Source of the DNA: Rebecca billardiae RCC1528
Lineage: Eukaryota; Protista; Haptophyta
Assembly: GCA_965240325.2 (NCBI GenBank)
Contig: OZ251234.1
Span: forward strand, 1,426,001 to 1,490,000
Direction: 5' to 3'
Length of the DNA: 64,000 bases
Positions 1 to 10,835 of this stretch are shown piece after piece. The position numbers and the translations under genes are program-made. A model generated the notes under the pieces. That model was not told the origin of the DNA and searched no databases. It saw nothing but the letters and a program-made list of their open reading frames with translations. How positions within the stretch are numbered: the stretch's first letter is position 1; the number at the start of each line of letters is the position of its first letter.

Positions 1-756
1 GCAGTCGTCGTTGCCGCCCGTGTGCACGATGCCCGCGACGCCCTGCTTCGAGACGGAGAGGAAGGCGTGCGGCATGCGCGCGCCCTGCAGCGCGCGCAGC
101 AGCGCGTGCGACTCCGCCGACGCCGAGTCGAAGTCGGGCCCGCCCCCGCGGTCGCAGAAGGCGACGGGCATCGACAGGCCGCTCGCGAGCTCGATGTGCG
201 TCTGCGACGCAGTCGTGTGCGGCGACATCCACAGCCACGTGACGAGGTCGGCGAAGAACTGCGGCTGGAGCATGTCGTGGAATGTCGTGCCGACGGCGAG
301 GCCCATCTCGAGCACGCGCACGAGCAGCTGCCGCGCCGCCTGCAGGCCGCGGTTGATGGCGAACGAGCCGTCGCGCGCGGGGTCGTGGATGAAGCCCTGC
401 CAGCCGCGCGTGCGCGACGGCTTGCGGAAGTTGAGGCGCATCACGACGAGCACGTCGCGCTCGTGGCGGCGCGCGACCTCGCGCAGCTTCATCGCGTAGT
501 CGAGCGTCGCGGCCGGGTCGTGCACCGTGCACGGGCCCGCGACCACGATCACGCGGTCGTCCTCGCCCGCGAGGATGGCGCGCACCGCCGCGCGCGAGTC
601 GGCGACCGTCTGCTGGATGGACGCGCTCGACGGCACGTCCTCCATCAGGCAGGCCGGTGGTACCATCGGCGTGATCGCCCGAATGCGCAGGTCATCCGTC
701 TCCGAGTGGCGCAGCCGCGAGAGTTCCGCCGCGCGCTTCATCGCCGTGGACGTCAT
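1..756 (-). CDS. Class I (AroF/G/H-like) DAHP synthase-like protein, 5' part, degenerate active site; runs off the window's left edge
   Basis: Not in the ORF track (no stop inside the window). Manual translation from ATG 756: MTSTAMKRAAELSRLRHSETDDLRIRAITPMVPPACLMEDVP...ILAGEDDRVIVVAGPCTVHDP...VMRLNFRKPSRTRGWQGFIHDPARDGSFAINRGL...HIELASGLSMPVAF...PHAFLSVSKQGVAGIVHTGGNDDC, collinear with AroG motifs. Confidence 0.85.
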   Translation of the reverse strand, partial: MTSTAMKRAAELSRLRHSETDDLRIRAITPMVPPACLMEDVPSSASIQQTVADSRAAVRAILAGEDDRVIVVAGPCTVHDPAATLDYAMKLREVARRHERDVLVVMRLNFRKPSRTRGWQGFIHDPARDGSFAINRGLQAARQLLVRVLEMGLAVGTTFHDMLQPQFFADLVTWLWMSPHTTASQTHIELASGLSMPVAFCDRGGGPDFDSASAESHALLRALQGARMPHAFLSVSKQGVAGIVHTGGNDDC

Positions 757-1221
757 TTCGCGCGGTCGGCGAGCGGCAAGCAGGCGGCCAGGGCCAGCAC
801 GTGGACCAGCACGCAAGCACGCTGCAGAATTCTTTGGGCCTGCCGCCGCCGGCCAGCCTTGCGGCTGCGGCGCTTTTTGCTTTTATTTTGCATTATGACG
901 AGTTCTTACTTCTTTTCTGCGCGCGCTGTGCCTGTGATAACGCCGAACGCGATGACGCGGATGATGATGACGCGATCTTAGCTAGATACTACCGACTAGT
1001 ACCGAGGCGGATGACACTTCGTCACTCAAAGTCCGCCGCCTAGCTTATGGGTGGTCACTGGTCAGAGTCGGCAGTCACAAGACTGACCGAGTGGCAAGTG
1101 GCGAGTCGGCGATTGACTACTCACAGTCACACCGTCACAGTTATACCCATTGAGAATGAGAGTCGGCGTGAAGCGCGGGGGCGCCAGCGGGCGGGCGGCC
1201 GATGCGATGGAGGGTCGGCGG

Positions 1222-1905
1222 TCACACCTCGTCCTTGGCGCTCCCGCCGCTTTTTCGAGCCGCCTTTTTCCTCTTCGCCGCCTTCTTCTTCCGCTTCTCC
1301 TCACGCTCGCGCTCCTCCTTCCGCGCCTGCTTCGCGGCCTCGGACTTGGCGGTGTGCGCGTCGACCTTGGCCTGGTACTCCTCGCAGTACGCCGGGCCTT
1401 TCGTCCTCTGCGACTTGTAGTCGATCTCGGCGGTCTCCGGCTGCTGCAGGAGGAACTCCTTGATCTCCGGCACGTGCCACCCGTGCTGCAGGCTGATGAG
1501 GATCTTGTCCTCGGTGATCACATATGCGCTCGCACCGTCCAGCCCGGCCGACGCGAGCATGGTCTTCCACCGGAAGGAGACCTTCTCGGTCGCCTTCTTG
1601 GAGATGTCATCGTAGTGCAGGTTGGCGAACACCATCGCCGGGCCTGGATCCGCCGCCTTCATGAACTCCTGCATGTCGGCTGCGCTCACCTGGCCTGCGG
1701 AGAAGTCGATGTTGGGCCGCTTCGGCTTCCACTCCTCCTCCTTCTCGTCGTCCTCGGTGAGCTCCTCGTCGATGCGGCGGATGTCGGCGTCGCTTAGTCC
1801 CATGATCTTCTTAGCCTTGTCTCTCGAGTGCTGCGCAACGGCCACCGTGGCCAGCCATAGGAGCGCGAGCGCGAGCGCTCCGCGTCGAGCCGCCATGGCC
1901 GGCAT
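1222..1905 (-). CDS. MESD/Boca-like ER chaperone
   Basis: Signal peptide (ALALALLWLATVAVA), SDADIRRIDEE..EDDE, PNIDFS, AMVFANL, RWKTML, EIKEFLLQQPETAEID, basic tail, C-terminal KDEV (ER-retention-like). Confidence 0.7.
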   Translation of the reverse strand: MPAMAARRGALALALLWLATVAVAQHSRDKAKKIMGLSDADIRRIDEELTEDDEKEEEWKPKRPNIDFSAGQVSAADMQEFMKAADPGPAMVFANLHYDDISKKATEKVSFRWKTMLASAGLDGASAYVITEDKILISLQHGWHVPEIKEFLLQQPETAEIDYKSQRTKGPAYCEEYQAKVDAHTAKSEAAKQARKEEREREEKRKKKAAKRKKAARKSGGSAKDEV

Positions 1906-2008
1906 CGTGCGCCACTCGTCAGTCGTCACTTGCTGGGGCGGAGACCCTGCCGTGGTCGTTCTCGAAGCTCCCGGCGCCTGCCGCGTGGGCTGCACCGTGG
2001 ACGCAGCC

Positions 2009-3653
2009 ATGAGCGCGCTGCACGCGAAGATGAAGACGCGCATGTCGCCCCTCGACATCTCGTGCATGGCGGCCGTGCTCCAGCGGCAGGTCATCGGCTA
2101 CCGCGTCGCGAACGTGTACGACATCGACCCGAAGACGTACGTGCTCAAGCTCGCCAAGCCGGACTCCAAGATCTTCGTGGTGATCGAGTCGGGCGTGCGC
2201 TTCCACGTGACGGAGTACGCGCGCGAGAAGGGGACCGTCCCCTCGCTCTTCACCCTCAAGCTGCGCAAGCACGTGCGCACGCGCCGGATCGAGTCGGTCG
2301 TCCAGCTCGGCTCGGACCGCATCGTCGACTTCACGATCGGCCGCGGCGAGGGCGAGCACCACCTACTGTGCGAGCTGTACGGGACGGGCAACATCGTGCT
2401 CACCGACGCGTCGTACACCATCCTCACGCTGCTGCGCAACGGCAAGCACGACAACAACGTGCGCATCCACGCGAAGCAGCCGTACCCGCGGCACGAGTAC
2501 CGCACGCGGCCCAAGGCGGTCGAGGCGGAGTGGCTGGCGGAGCAGCTGCGCGGCGCGGAGCGCGGCATGACGCTGCGCCAGCTGCTCAACGTGCGCCTCG
2601 GCCTCGGCCGCGAGATCATCGAGCACTGCCTGCTCGAGAGCGGGCTCGCGCCGAACAGCAAGGCGCGCGCGCTGGCAGAGGCGCTGGGCGCGCCGCCCGC
2701 CGCGGCGCCGCCCGCCGCGGCGCCGCCCGCCGCGCCTGCGTCCGAGCTGTCCGCGCGCCCGGCGGACGCACCCGCCGCGGACGCGGCGCGCGGCGGCTTC
2801 GCGCGGCTGCTCGAGAGCCTGGCGCGCGTCGACCGCTTCTTTGACGAGGCGGCGAGCGGCGAGGTGCCCGGCTTTGTGGTGTACGCGCCCCCAGAGGAGG
2901 AGCCGGCGGCGGGCGGCGCTGCGCAGGGCGCGGGCGCGGCGGTCGCGGCCGCGCCGAGCGGCGCCGACGGCGCGGGCGAGGTGCCAGTCGCGGCCCGGGC
3001 GCCGAGCGCCTCGGCGGCCGCATCGGTCGCGGGCGCGTCCGCGTGCGCGCTCGGGCGGCCGCTCGACTTTGCGCCGTTCCTCTTCAACCAGCTCAGCGAG
3101 CTGACGGCGCACTCGCCCGAGCGCTGCGTGCGCTTCGAGTGCTTCTCCAAGGCCGCGGACGAGTTCTTCTCGGGGCTCGAGGCGCAGCGCGCCGTGGACG
3201 CGCACCGCGCGCAGGAGGCCGCCGTGTGGAAGAAGGTGGACAAGATCCGCACCAACCAGGCCGCGCGGCTCGACGAGCTCTCCGCCAAGCAGGAGCTGGA
3301 CGAGCGCAAGGCGCAGCTGATCGAGGTGAACCTCGAGGCGGTGGACAGCCTGATCGAGCTGCTGCGCGGCGCGCTCGAGCGCGGCATGTCGTGGGACGCG
3401 CTGCGCGAGCTGATCAGCGACGCCGCCGAGCAGGGCGACGAGCTCGCCGCGCTCGTGCACGAGCTCAAGCTCGGCAGCGCGGGCAAGGAGCCTGCGCGCG
3501 CGGTGCTGCTGCTCACGGACACGCTCGACTACGACGAGGCTGACGAGGGCGAGGGCGAGGACGAGGGCGCAGATGGCGACGCGGGCGAGGGCTCGCGCGG
3601 CCGAGCGGGCGCCGGCGAGAGCGACGACGACGACGTCGACGACGAGCGCGAGC

Positions 3654-3693
<40 letters not shown>

Positions 3694-6269
3694 GGACCTG
3701 ACGCGCGCCGCGACCCTGGTCTCGATCGATCTGAGCAAGTCCGCGTACGCCAACGCGTGCGGCTACTACAGCGCGCGCAAGCAGATGGGCGCAAAGGCCG
3801 CGCGCACGGCGGAGGCCATGCAGGCGTCGGTGAAGGCGGCGACGCGCCGCGCCGAGCGCGACGTCAAGCAGATCGCCGTCTCGCAGCAGATCAAGGCGCT
3901 GCGCAGGCCGTACTGGTTCGAGAAGTTCGACTGGTTCATCAGCTCTGAGAACTACCTCGTGCTCTGTGGGCGGGACGCGCAGCAGAACGAGACGCTCGTC
4001 AAGAAGCACCTCGGCGCGCACGACGTGTACGTGCACGCCGACCTGCACGGCGCGTCGTCGTGCGTCGTCAAGAACGGCGCGACGCCGGGGAGCGCGTCCA
4101 CCCCGCCGCCGCCGATCCCGCCGCAGACGTTGCTGCAGGCGGGCACGCTCACCGTCTGCCGCTCGGCCGCGTGGGACTCGAAGATCGTCACGAGCGCGTG
4201 GTGGGTGCACGCGGCGCAGGTGTCCAAGACGGCGCCGTCCGGTGCGCGCGCGCGCGCACGCCTCCGTCCACACGGGCGGCGCGCGGCCCTGCACCGCGCA
4301 CCGTGCGCGGCCCTGCACCGCGCACCGTGCCTGCTGTCGTGCGGCCAAGCGCCCGGCGGGCGCGTGCTCACACTTGGCCGACCTGCGCGCCGCCACTGCC
4401 GCCGCCCTGCGCGGCTCCGCGCGCGCGCGCGCGCGCCGTGCCGACGCTCGGAGCAGGCGAGTACCTCCCCACGGGCTCCTTCATGGTGCGCGGGCGCAAG
4501 AACTACCTGCCGCCCGCGCCGCTGGTGATGGGGTACACGATGGTGTTCAGGCTGCACGAGTCGTGCGTGGCCGCGCACCTCGGCGAGCGGAGGGCGAACG
4601 TGCGCGCGGCCGACGACGAGCAGCCGACAGAGGAGGGCGGCGGTGGCGAGGAGGGCGAGACGAGCGCTGCCCAGACGGCAGCTGCTGTGCAGAGCGGGCC
4701 CGGTGGCGACGACGCCGAGGACGCGCCGCCTCCGGCGCCGCGCGGGGCGGTCGGCGAGCCGGCCGAGGCGGAGGCGCAGGCGGAGGGCGCCGACAGCGCA
4801 GGCGACTCGGCGGTGGCAGCGGCGGTGGCGGGTGCGGACGACTCCTACTCGGCGGAGCTGCTGCGGCTGGAGGCCGAGCAGACGGCGAGGCGCCGCGAAG
4901 CAGACGAGGCCGGCCGCGGCGCCGTGCGGCACGTGCCTGCCAAGCAGCGGCAGCAGCTGCGCCGTGACCAGCAGCGGAGGGCGGAGCGCGCGGGAGAGGG
5001 CGCCCCCGGCGCGGGGGACGAGGAGCGCGGCGGCGCCGAGGATGGCGCCGAGGCTGGCGCGAGCGCGGACGAGGCCGACGACGACGCGGCTTCGCGCGAG
5101 CGCGCCGCGCGTGCTCGGCCCGCTGGCTCTGCGTCCGCGGACGCGCCGTCGGCGCGCCCTGGCTCGGCGGTCGGCTCGGCCGAAGGCAAGGGCGGGCGCG
5201 GCCCCGCCCCGCCGCCGCCCCCGAAGCGCGGCCAGCGCGGCAAGCAGAAGAAGATGGCCAAAAGGTACGCGGACCAGGACGAGGAGGAGCGCGAGCTCAG
5301 GCTGCAGCTGCTCGCCAGCTCGGGCAAAGGGCGCAGGGGCGCGCAGCAGGCAGAGCAGGGCGGCGGGGACGACGACGGCGCGCGCCGGCCCGGCTCTGCG
5401 GCAGGCGGACGTGGCGGGGCGCGGGGCGGCGGCGGCGGCGCAAGCAGGCGCGGCAACGGTGGCCGAGGCGGGGCAGCCACGCCGCGCGCTGCCGGACCCG
5501 CAGGCGCCACGGACGTCGCCTCGACTGCCTCCGAGCACGCGCGCGACGCGGACGCCGGACCGGACGGGGAGGGCGAGACAGCCGGCGAGGCGCACGAGGT
5601 CGCCGCGATCCTGCGCGAGGAGAACGTGCAGGCACGCGCCTCCCCGCGCCAGCGCGGGCGCGCGCGCGCTAGTCACACGCCGAGGGCGCCGCGCTCCTTG
5701 TGGTGGCTTGGTTGTCACAGCTGGGGCCACGTGCGCCACAGCCGCAGGCAGTGCGCATCACGACACTCACGTGCCCCACACATCCGCCCGTCCGACTCCC
5801 CCCCTTCCCTTCCTTCCGCGCGCAGCTGCTCAGCGAGGAGGAGGCGGCCAAGCTCTCGATGCTCGACGAGCTGACGGGCTGCCCGCTGCCCGAGGACGTG
5901 CTGCTGTACGCGCTGCCCATGTGCGCGCCGTACAGCGCGATCAGCTCGTACAAGTTCAAGTGCAAGCTCACGCCGGGCACGCTCAAGCGCGGCAAGGCCG
6001 CCAAGGCCGCACTCAACCTCTTCGGTGCGCGGCAGACGCGGCCGCACGCGCGCGTTGACCCGTCCCCGAGCTTGGCTCTGAGCCCGCCTCTCCCCGCGAT
6101 GCGCGCCCCCTCGCCGGCAGTCAACGGGCAAGGCGTCACCGGCCATGAGCGCGAGCTCATGCGCGCGGTGCCTGATGTCGAGCTGGCAATGTCCATCATC
6201 GGGAACACCAAGCTCTCGTTCGTGGGGATGGCACAGGCCCTCAAGGCGCAGAAGAAGAAGGGCAAGTGA
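2009..6269 (+). CDS. NEMF: NEMF/Rqc2 (NFACT family) ribosome quality control factor; 4 exons (introns ~4242-4456, 5632-5825 GC-AG, 6025-6120)
   Basis: MKTRMSPLDI..IGYRVANVYDI, FTLKLRKHVRTRR, QLGSDRIVDF, WFEKFDWFISSENYLVLCGRDAQQNE, YVHADLHGASS, SKTAPSGEYLPTGSFMVRG (restored by splicing), KRGQRGKQKKM..YADQDEEER, LTGCPLPEDVLLYALPMCAPY..YKFKCKLTPG. Confidence 0.95.
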
Positions 6270-6440
6270 GGAGCCTCCGATCTTGAGAGTGAGCTCCCGC
6301 GTCTTGAGAGCGCCGCCTGCGCTGGTGAGTGCGGCGCCATGCTGCGCACGGGCAAGATTGAATCTCCCTGCCGGCACGGTTTATCACTCGTCTAACGTAT
6401 CGTACAGTATCTTGTAACCGGTGGCATCGTGCTGTCGTGC

Positions 6441-7898
6441 ATGGGGTCGGCCGTGAGCAAGGTGGGCGTCAAGCGCCGGGCGGGCGATGACTCGCAGCGC
6501 AGCACACATCGGACGGTCAGGGGGAGCCGTATCAGCGTGGCCATGACCAAGCACAAGTCCGAGGCGGACGAGCTGCTCAACATCCTCGAGCACGAGTCGC
6601 CGCTCAAGGCTCTCGGCCTGCAGGTGCACGCCACCGAGCTGGAGCACGCCATCTTTGTGGGGCACCTGACGCCGGACATGGACTCGATCGGCGGCGCCAT
6701 CGGCGCCGCTCACGTGTACGGGGGCACGGCGACGCGTCCGGGCCCGCTCAACGCCGAGACGGAGTTTGTGCTCGGCCTGTGGGGCGTGGACCCACCGCCG
6801 CCGGTCGAGGACCTCCTGTCGGCGGACGCGTCGCGACCGATTTGCCTCGTCGATCACAACCAGACGTCGCAGATGCACCCCGCCGTCATCGCCGCCTCGA
6901 ATCGCATCGCCGGCTGCATCGATCACCACGCGCTGCAGGACGCGACGATGCAGACCGAGGGCCCCATCTACGTGGACGTGCGGCCTTGGGGGAGTATGTC
7001 CACTATCATCGCGCACACGGCGTTCGCGCTGAACGTGAAGCTGCCCAAGCCCATCGCGGGCTGCCTGCTCTGCGCCATCCTCTCGGACACGCTCAACCTA
7101 CGCTCGCCCACCACCACCGAGTGGGACTGCAAGATGCTCACCGTGCTCGCGCAGCTGTGCGACGTGAAGGACGTGGACGAGCTGGCCGGCCGGCAGTTCC
7201 GCGCAAAGTCCAAGGAGCTCGCGAGCGTCTCGGATCACGCGCTCGTCGCGGGCGACCTGAAGACGTTCAACTTCACGCCGCCCGAGGGCTCCGCAGCGGG
7301 CATGTTTCGCGGCGCGGTCGGCATGTCGGTGATCGAGACGACCCACACGGCCTCCATCCTCGAGCGCGAGAAGGACCTGCTCGTCGAGATGCGCCAGACG
7401 CGGCGCGATGAGCAGCTGGCGGCGCTGCTGCTGTACGTCGTTGACATCGTGCAGCTCTCGTCCACCCTGCTGGTGTGCGGGTCGACAGAGGCCGCGCTCG
7501 CCCTCGCGGCGTACGTGGACGCGTCGGCCGGGTCGGACGGCGGCAGCGCCTCCGGGATGCCGCCGCCGGGCAGCGTCGAGGACATCGTGTCGCGCGGGCA
7601 CATGGAGATGGCGCCGAGCATGGTCTCGCGCAAGAAGGACTTCCTGCCGCCGATCTCCCGCTTGCTGAAGAAAGGCTGGATGCCTCCGACTGAGCTCCCC
7701 GAGGAGTCGCCGCTGCCGCGCGAGGCGCTCGTCTCCTCGGCAAACTTCAACGGCAACCTCGTGCGCGTCTCGGCTGCGCAGAAGGTGGAGACACAGCGCC
7801 GCGGCTCGTACATTCTCGCACGGCCGCCTGGCTTCGAAAGCATGGGGCTGCAAGCCGGCGACGCTGCGGGCTTTGCAAGCCGTCGCGCAAGCGCGTGA
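6441..7898 (+). CDS. Mn-dependent family II inorganic pyrophosphatase-like (DHH + DHHA2), intronless
   Basis: FVGHLTPDMDSIG, LVDHNQ, IDHH, AILSDTL, DLKTF, VSRKKDFLP; start could also be ATG 6543. Confidence 0.88.
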   Translation: MGSAVSKVGVKRRAGDDSQRSTHRTVRGSRISVAMTKHKSEADELLNILEHESPLKALGLQVHATELEHAIFVGHLTPDMDSIGGAIGAAHVYGGTATRPGPLNAETEFVLGLWGVDPPPPVEDLLSADASRPICLVDHNQTSQMHPAVIAASNRIAGCIDHHALQDATMQTEGPIYVDVRPWGSMSTIIAHTAFALNVKLPKPIAGCLLCAILSDTLNLRSPTTTEWDCKMLTVLAQLCDVKDVDELAGRQFRAKSKELASVSDHALVAGDLKTFNFTPPEGSAAGMFRGAVGMSVIETTHTASILEREKDLLVEMRQTRRDEQLAALLLYVVDIVQLSSTLLVCGSTEAALALAAYVDASAGSDGGSASGMPPPGSVEDIVSRGHMEMAPSMVSRKKDFLPPISRLLKKGWMPPTELPEESPLPREALVSSANFNGNLVRVSAAQKVETQRRGSYILARPPGFESMGLQAGDAAGFASRRASA

Positions 7899-8131
7899 GC
7901 GCGCGCTGAGTGAGCAGGCGCCTCGCTGCCGCCGTCGGCGGGTGTGGCCTCGCTCAGACGATGTCGCAGCGTGCTCGGTGCTGTGGCCGCCATTCGTCAG
8001 AGTCATCAGATGGCATCGCACATCCCGGGACGATCTGCGACTACCATCTTCATCTTCATCTTGCGCGCGCGTCGTCGTGATCGATCTCGTCGTCACTGTC
8101 ATCAGCAGCGCACTTTATTCATACTGCTACA

Positions 8132-9085
8132 TCATTGATCGTCAGCATTCATAAATGCATAGTCGCCTGCTGATGATCGCGGCCCCGCCCATGCAACTAC
8201 GGGCGCCATCCACCAAAGGCCTCGTTTCTCGAGGAACTTCGCCTTGAGGGCCCCCCCGTGGCTGCGCGAGGCGCAGTGCGCCACCACTGCCCCTTGCAGG
8301 GCATCCCTGCTGGAGCACAGCCGTTTGAAGTGCGCCTCCGGAAGCAGTGCCACGCGCACCCCGCGATACTGCTCCGCGGTCGCCCGCCGCTCTTTGGTCA
8401 TGTGCCCAACCCACTCTGCCGTGACGGTGCCGTAGTCCACCGCTGTGCTCGGGCTGTACGGCACACGCCCGCCATCCCACGAGACACCGGCTCGCGCGAG
8501 GTTGTTGTTGAAGTCGGTCTGGTCCTCGCGCATGGGGTGCAGCACAGCCGGCAGCAGCGCGCGCACGCTTGGCTCTGAGCCGCGAAAGAAGATGAATCCC
8601 ATGCAGAATGTGGCGCCCCAGGCGCCGAGCGCCTTAAAAGGGTACCCAGCCCGGCTCCCCACGATGCCAGCGTCCACGCCTCGCAAGTGCGGCCACGGGT
8701 CCGAGAGCCAGAGGGCGTCGGTGTCGCACAAGAGGACATCTCGCCTAGCGTCGACCAGCCGCGCGAGCGTTCGGATGCGCGACGTGTACACCTTCTCTGC
8801 CGTCACAGCACCATTCGAGGGTGCAGGCGCCGCTGTTTCGTTGCACCTCCACCCCACCCGCGAGACGAGTGGCCCGGTGTCGGCATCTGCGCAGAGCAGA
8901 TATGGCTCCCAGGACGCGAGGGCTCCCAACCGAACCGCGGGTGCCTGCAGGAAGTTTTGCAGCAGGTGCACATGACTGCGGCTCAGCACCACCAGAAGGA
9001 CCGGCTTGGCCGTGGTGACGGCGAACGAGGAGAGCAAGATCACCGCACAAGTGACCGATCGCCGGATCCGCCATCGTGGTGGCAT
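8132..9085 (-). CDS. Nucleotide-diphospho-sugar transferase (GT77-like), signal/anchor, intronless
   Basis: Hydrophobic N-terminus (VILLSSFAVTTA), DVLLCDTDALWLSDPW, FCMGFIFFR, EDQTDFN, VVAHC. Confidence 0.75.
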   Translation of the reverse strand: MPPRWRIRRSVTCAVILLSSFAVTTAKPVLLVVLSRSHVHLLQNFLQAPAVRLGALASWEPYLLCADADTGPLVSRVGWRCNETAAPAPSNGAVTAEKVYTSRIRTLARLVDARRDVLLCDTDALWLSDPWPHLRGVDAGIVGSRAGYPFKALGAWGATFCMGFIFFRGSEPSVRALLPAVLHPMREDQTDFNNNLARAGVSWDGGRVPYSPSTAVDYGTVTAEWVGHMTKERRATAEQYRGVRVALLPEAHFKRLCSSRDALQGAVVAHCASRSHGGALKAKFLEKRGLWWMAPVVAWAGPRSSAGDYAFMNADDQ

Positions 9086-9160
9086 GGGCTGATGGGCAAG
9101 CCTTTGTGATGCGCTGGCATCAGTCAGAGTGGCGCCGACGTCGCTTCGGCCCCGACCGAG

Positions 9161-10478
9161 ATGGCTCCTGACGCACATCGTCGTCGCCGCGCAAGGCTGC
9201 TGGCGCTTGTGGCGGGCGCGCTCTTCGTCGCGTCGCCAGCACCATGCGCTGCGCAGGAGGGGCTGGACATGGAGGAGCTGCTGCGCCGTGTCGATCTCGA
9301 CGGGGGCGACATCAATCTCGACGACCTGTTGCGACAGGCTGCGGGCGCTGAGTCGGATCACAGCGAAGACGGCGGCAACGCTGCATCAGGCGCGCCCCAG
9401 GGGTCTGCTGACGGTGCTGCCGGCGACCGCGAGGCACGTCCCACGGCGGGCACGGGCGCCGCGGCTGGAGGCGGCATCGATGACGACATGCCGCCTGCAC
9501 GCACGCCGAACGCCCCGCAGCGTGATACGCCGATGCGGCCGGGTGCTGGCGGCGGGGGTGCCGCCACGGCGCGCGGAGGCGGTATGGAGGCCACGCGGAG
9601 CCCCGGCAGCGAGCCCACTGACGAGTCTGCGGATGACGCGCTTCGCTTTGCTGAGTGGAAGGCCGCCGCAGGCGCGCCGGACCCGTTTGCGGGCATGGGT
9701 GTGGGCTCTGACTCGGGCGGCGACTACGACGATGACGAGGATGACAATGGCGACGGCGACGTCGACGACGACAGCGACGAGGATGACGAGGGCTCGTTCA
9801 GCGACCAGGACTGGAAGGGCGCGCTCGCCTTCCGCCTGGACCGCTCGACGCTCACCTTCGCCCGTCGCTGGGGGAACGTGGTGAACGGCGTGCTGCTGGC
9901 ACTGACTGGCCCCCTCGCCCTCATCTTCTCCGCGTCCCAACTCGCGATTGGCAAGGCCGTGCTCGCCCTGCACGTGACGTGCGCGCGGGCGAACGCGTGC
10001 GCTGCGCCCTGTGTGCGCCATGGGCTCTGCCTCGCCGCCCCGCTCCTTGCATGCGCCCGCCCTCTGCTCTGTGGGCTTGATGTTGGGCTCATCTGCGTGC
10101 CCGTGCCTGCCACGTGCTGCTGCCGTGCAGGTCGCTCGGGCTGCTGCTCAGCATACATGAGCTGCGCCTGCCGCCGTACGCCACCTGGCTGCGTTCGAAC
10201 GCGCGTTTTCTGAGGAGCAATGTGGGCAAGGCGGTCTTCCTGCTCTTGTGCGCGCGCCCGCGCCCGCGGATCTCCCGCCAAGGCAGACGCTGAGACCATA
10301 ACTAAATTGACTTCCGGTGCTGCGCCCTGTCGCGCCCTGCCCCGGCGCGCGCACCCGCAGTGCGGGCAACATGCTCTGGGTCTTTGGCAAGGTCGGCGTT
10401 GCGCCTGCGGTCCTGACCGTGGCCAACTCGGCATTCAACGCGCGCTTCGAGTCGATCGTCAGCCGCTTCGATGGCTAG
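9161..10478 (+). CDS. COPI-associated/TVP15-like Golgi membrane protein with acidic N-terminal extension; 3 exons (introns 9979-10130, 10248-10360)
   Basis: Spliced C-terminus: RWGNVVNGVLLALTG..VLALHVTSLGLLLSIHELRLPPYATWLRSNARFLRSNVGKAVFLLFAGNMLWVFGKVG..LTVANSAFNA; GTGCGC donors, CAG acceptors. Confidence 0.7.
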
Positions 10479-10835
10479 GGCCGCTGTGCTTGTGCTGCCT
10501 GATCACCAACAGCCAGTGTCGACACTGACTGCGACGGCCGTCTGGCATCATCACTATGGAGTACGGACTACCATGCACTACCATTCATGACCATAATCTA
10601 GGGGTCTGCCTGCGGCGCCCTGCCGCGTCCTCGACCTCTGCATATACATACATACACACACACACATATGTATGTATGTATGAGTATCATACGTATTATA
10701 ATAACTATATATATGACCGCGTTCCGCGGTCTTTTTCCGTAGAACGAACGTAGTTCGGGGCCCGCTGCGCACCCTCCGTCGGCTGCTGTCTCAGTCTGAC
10801 ATGTGTAACAGTTCGCCTGAGCTGCCACCGCCAAC

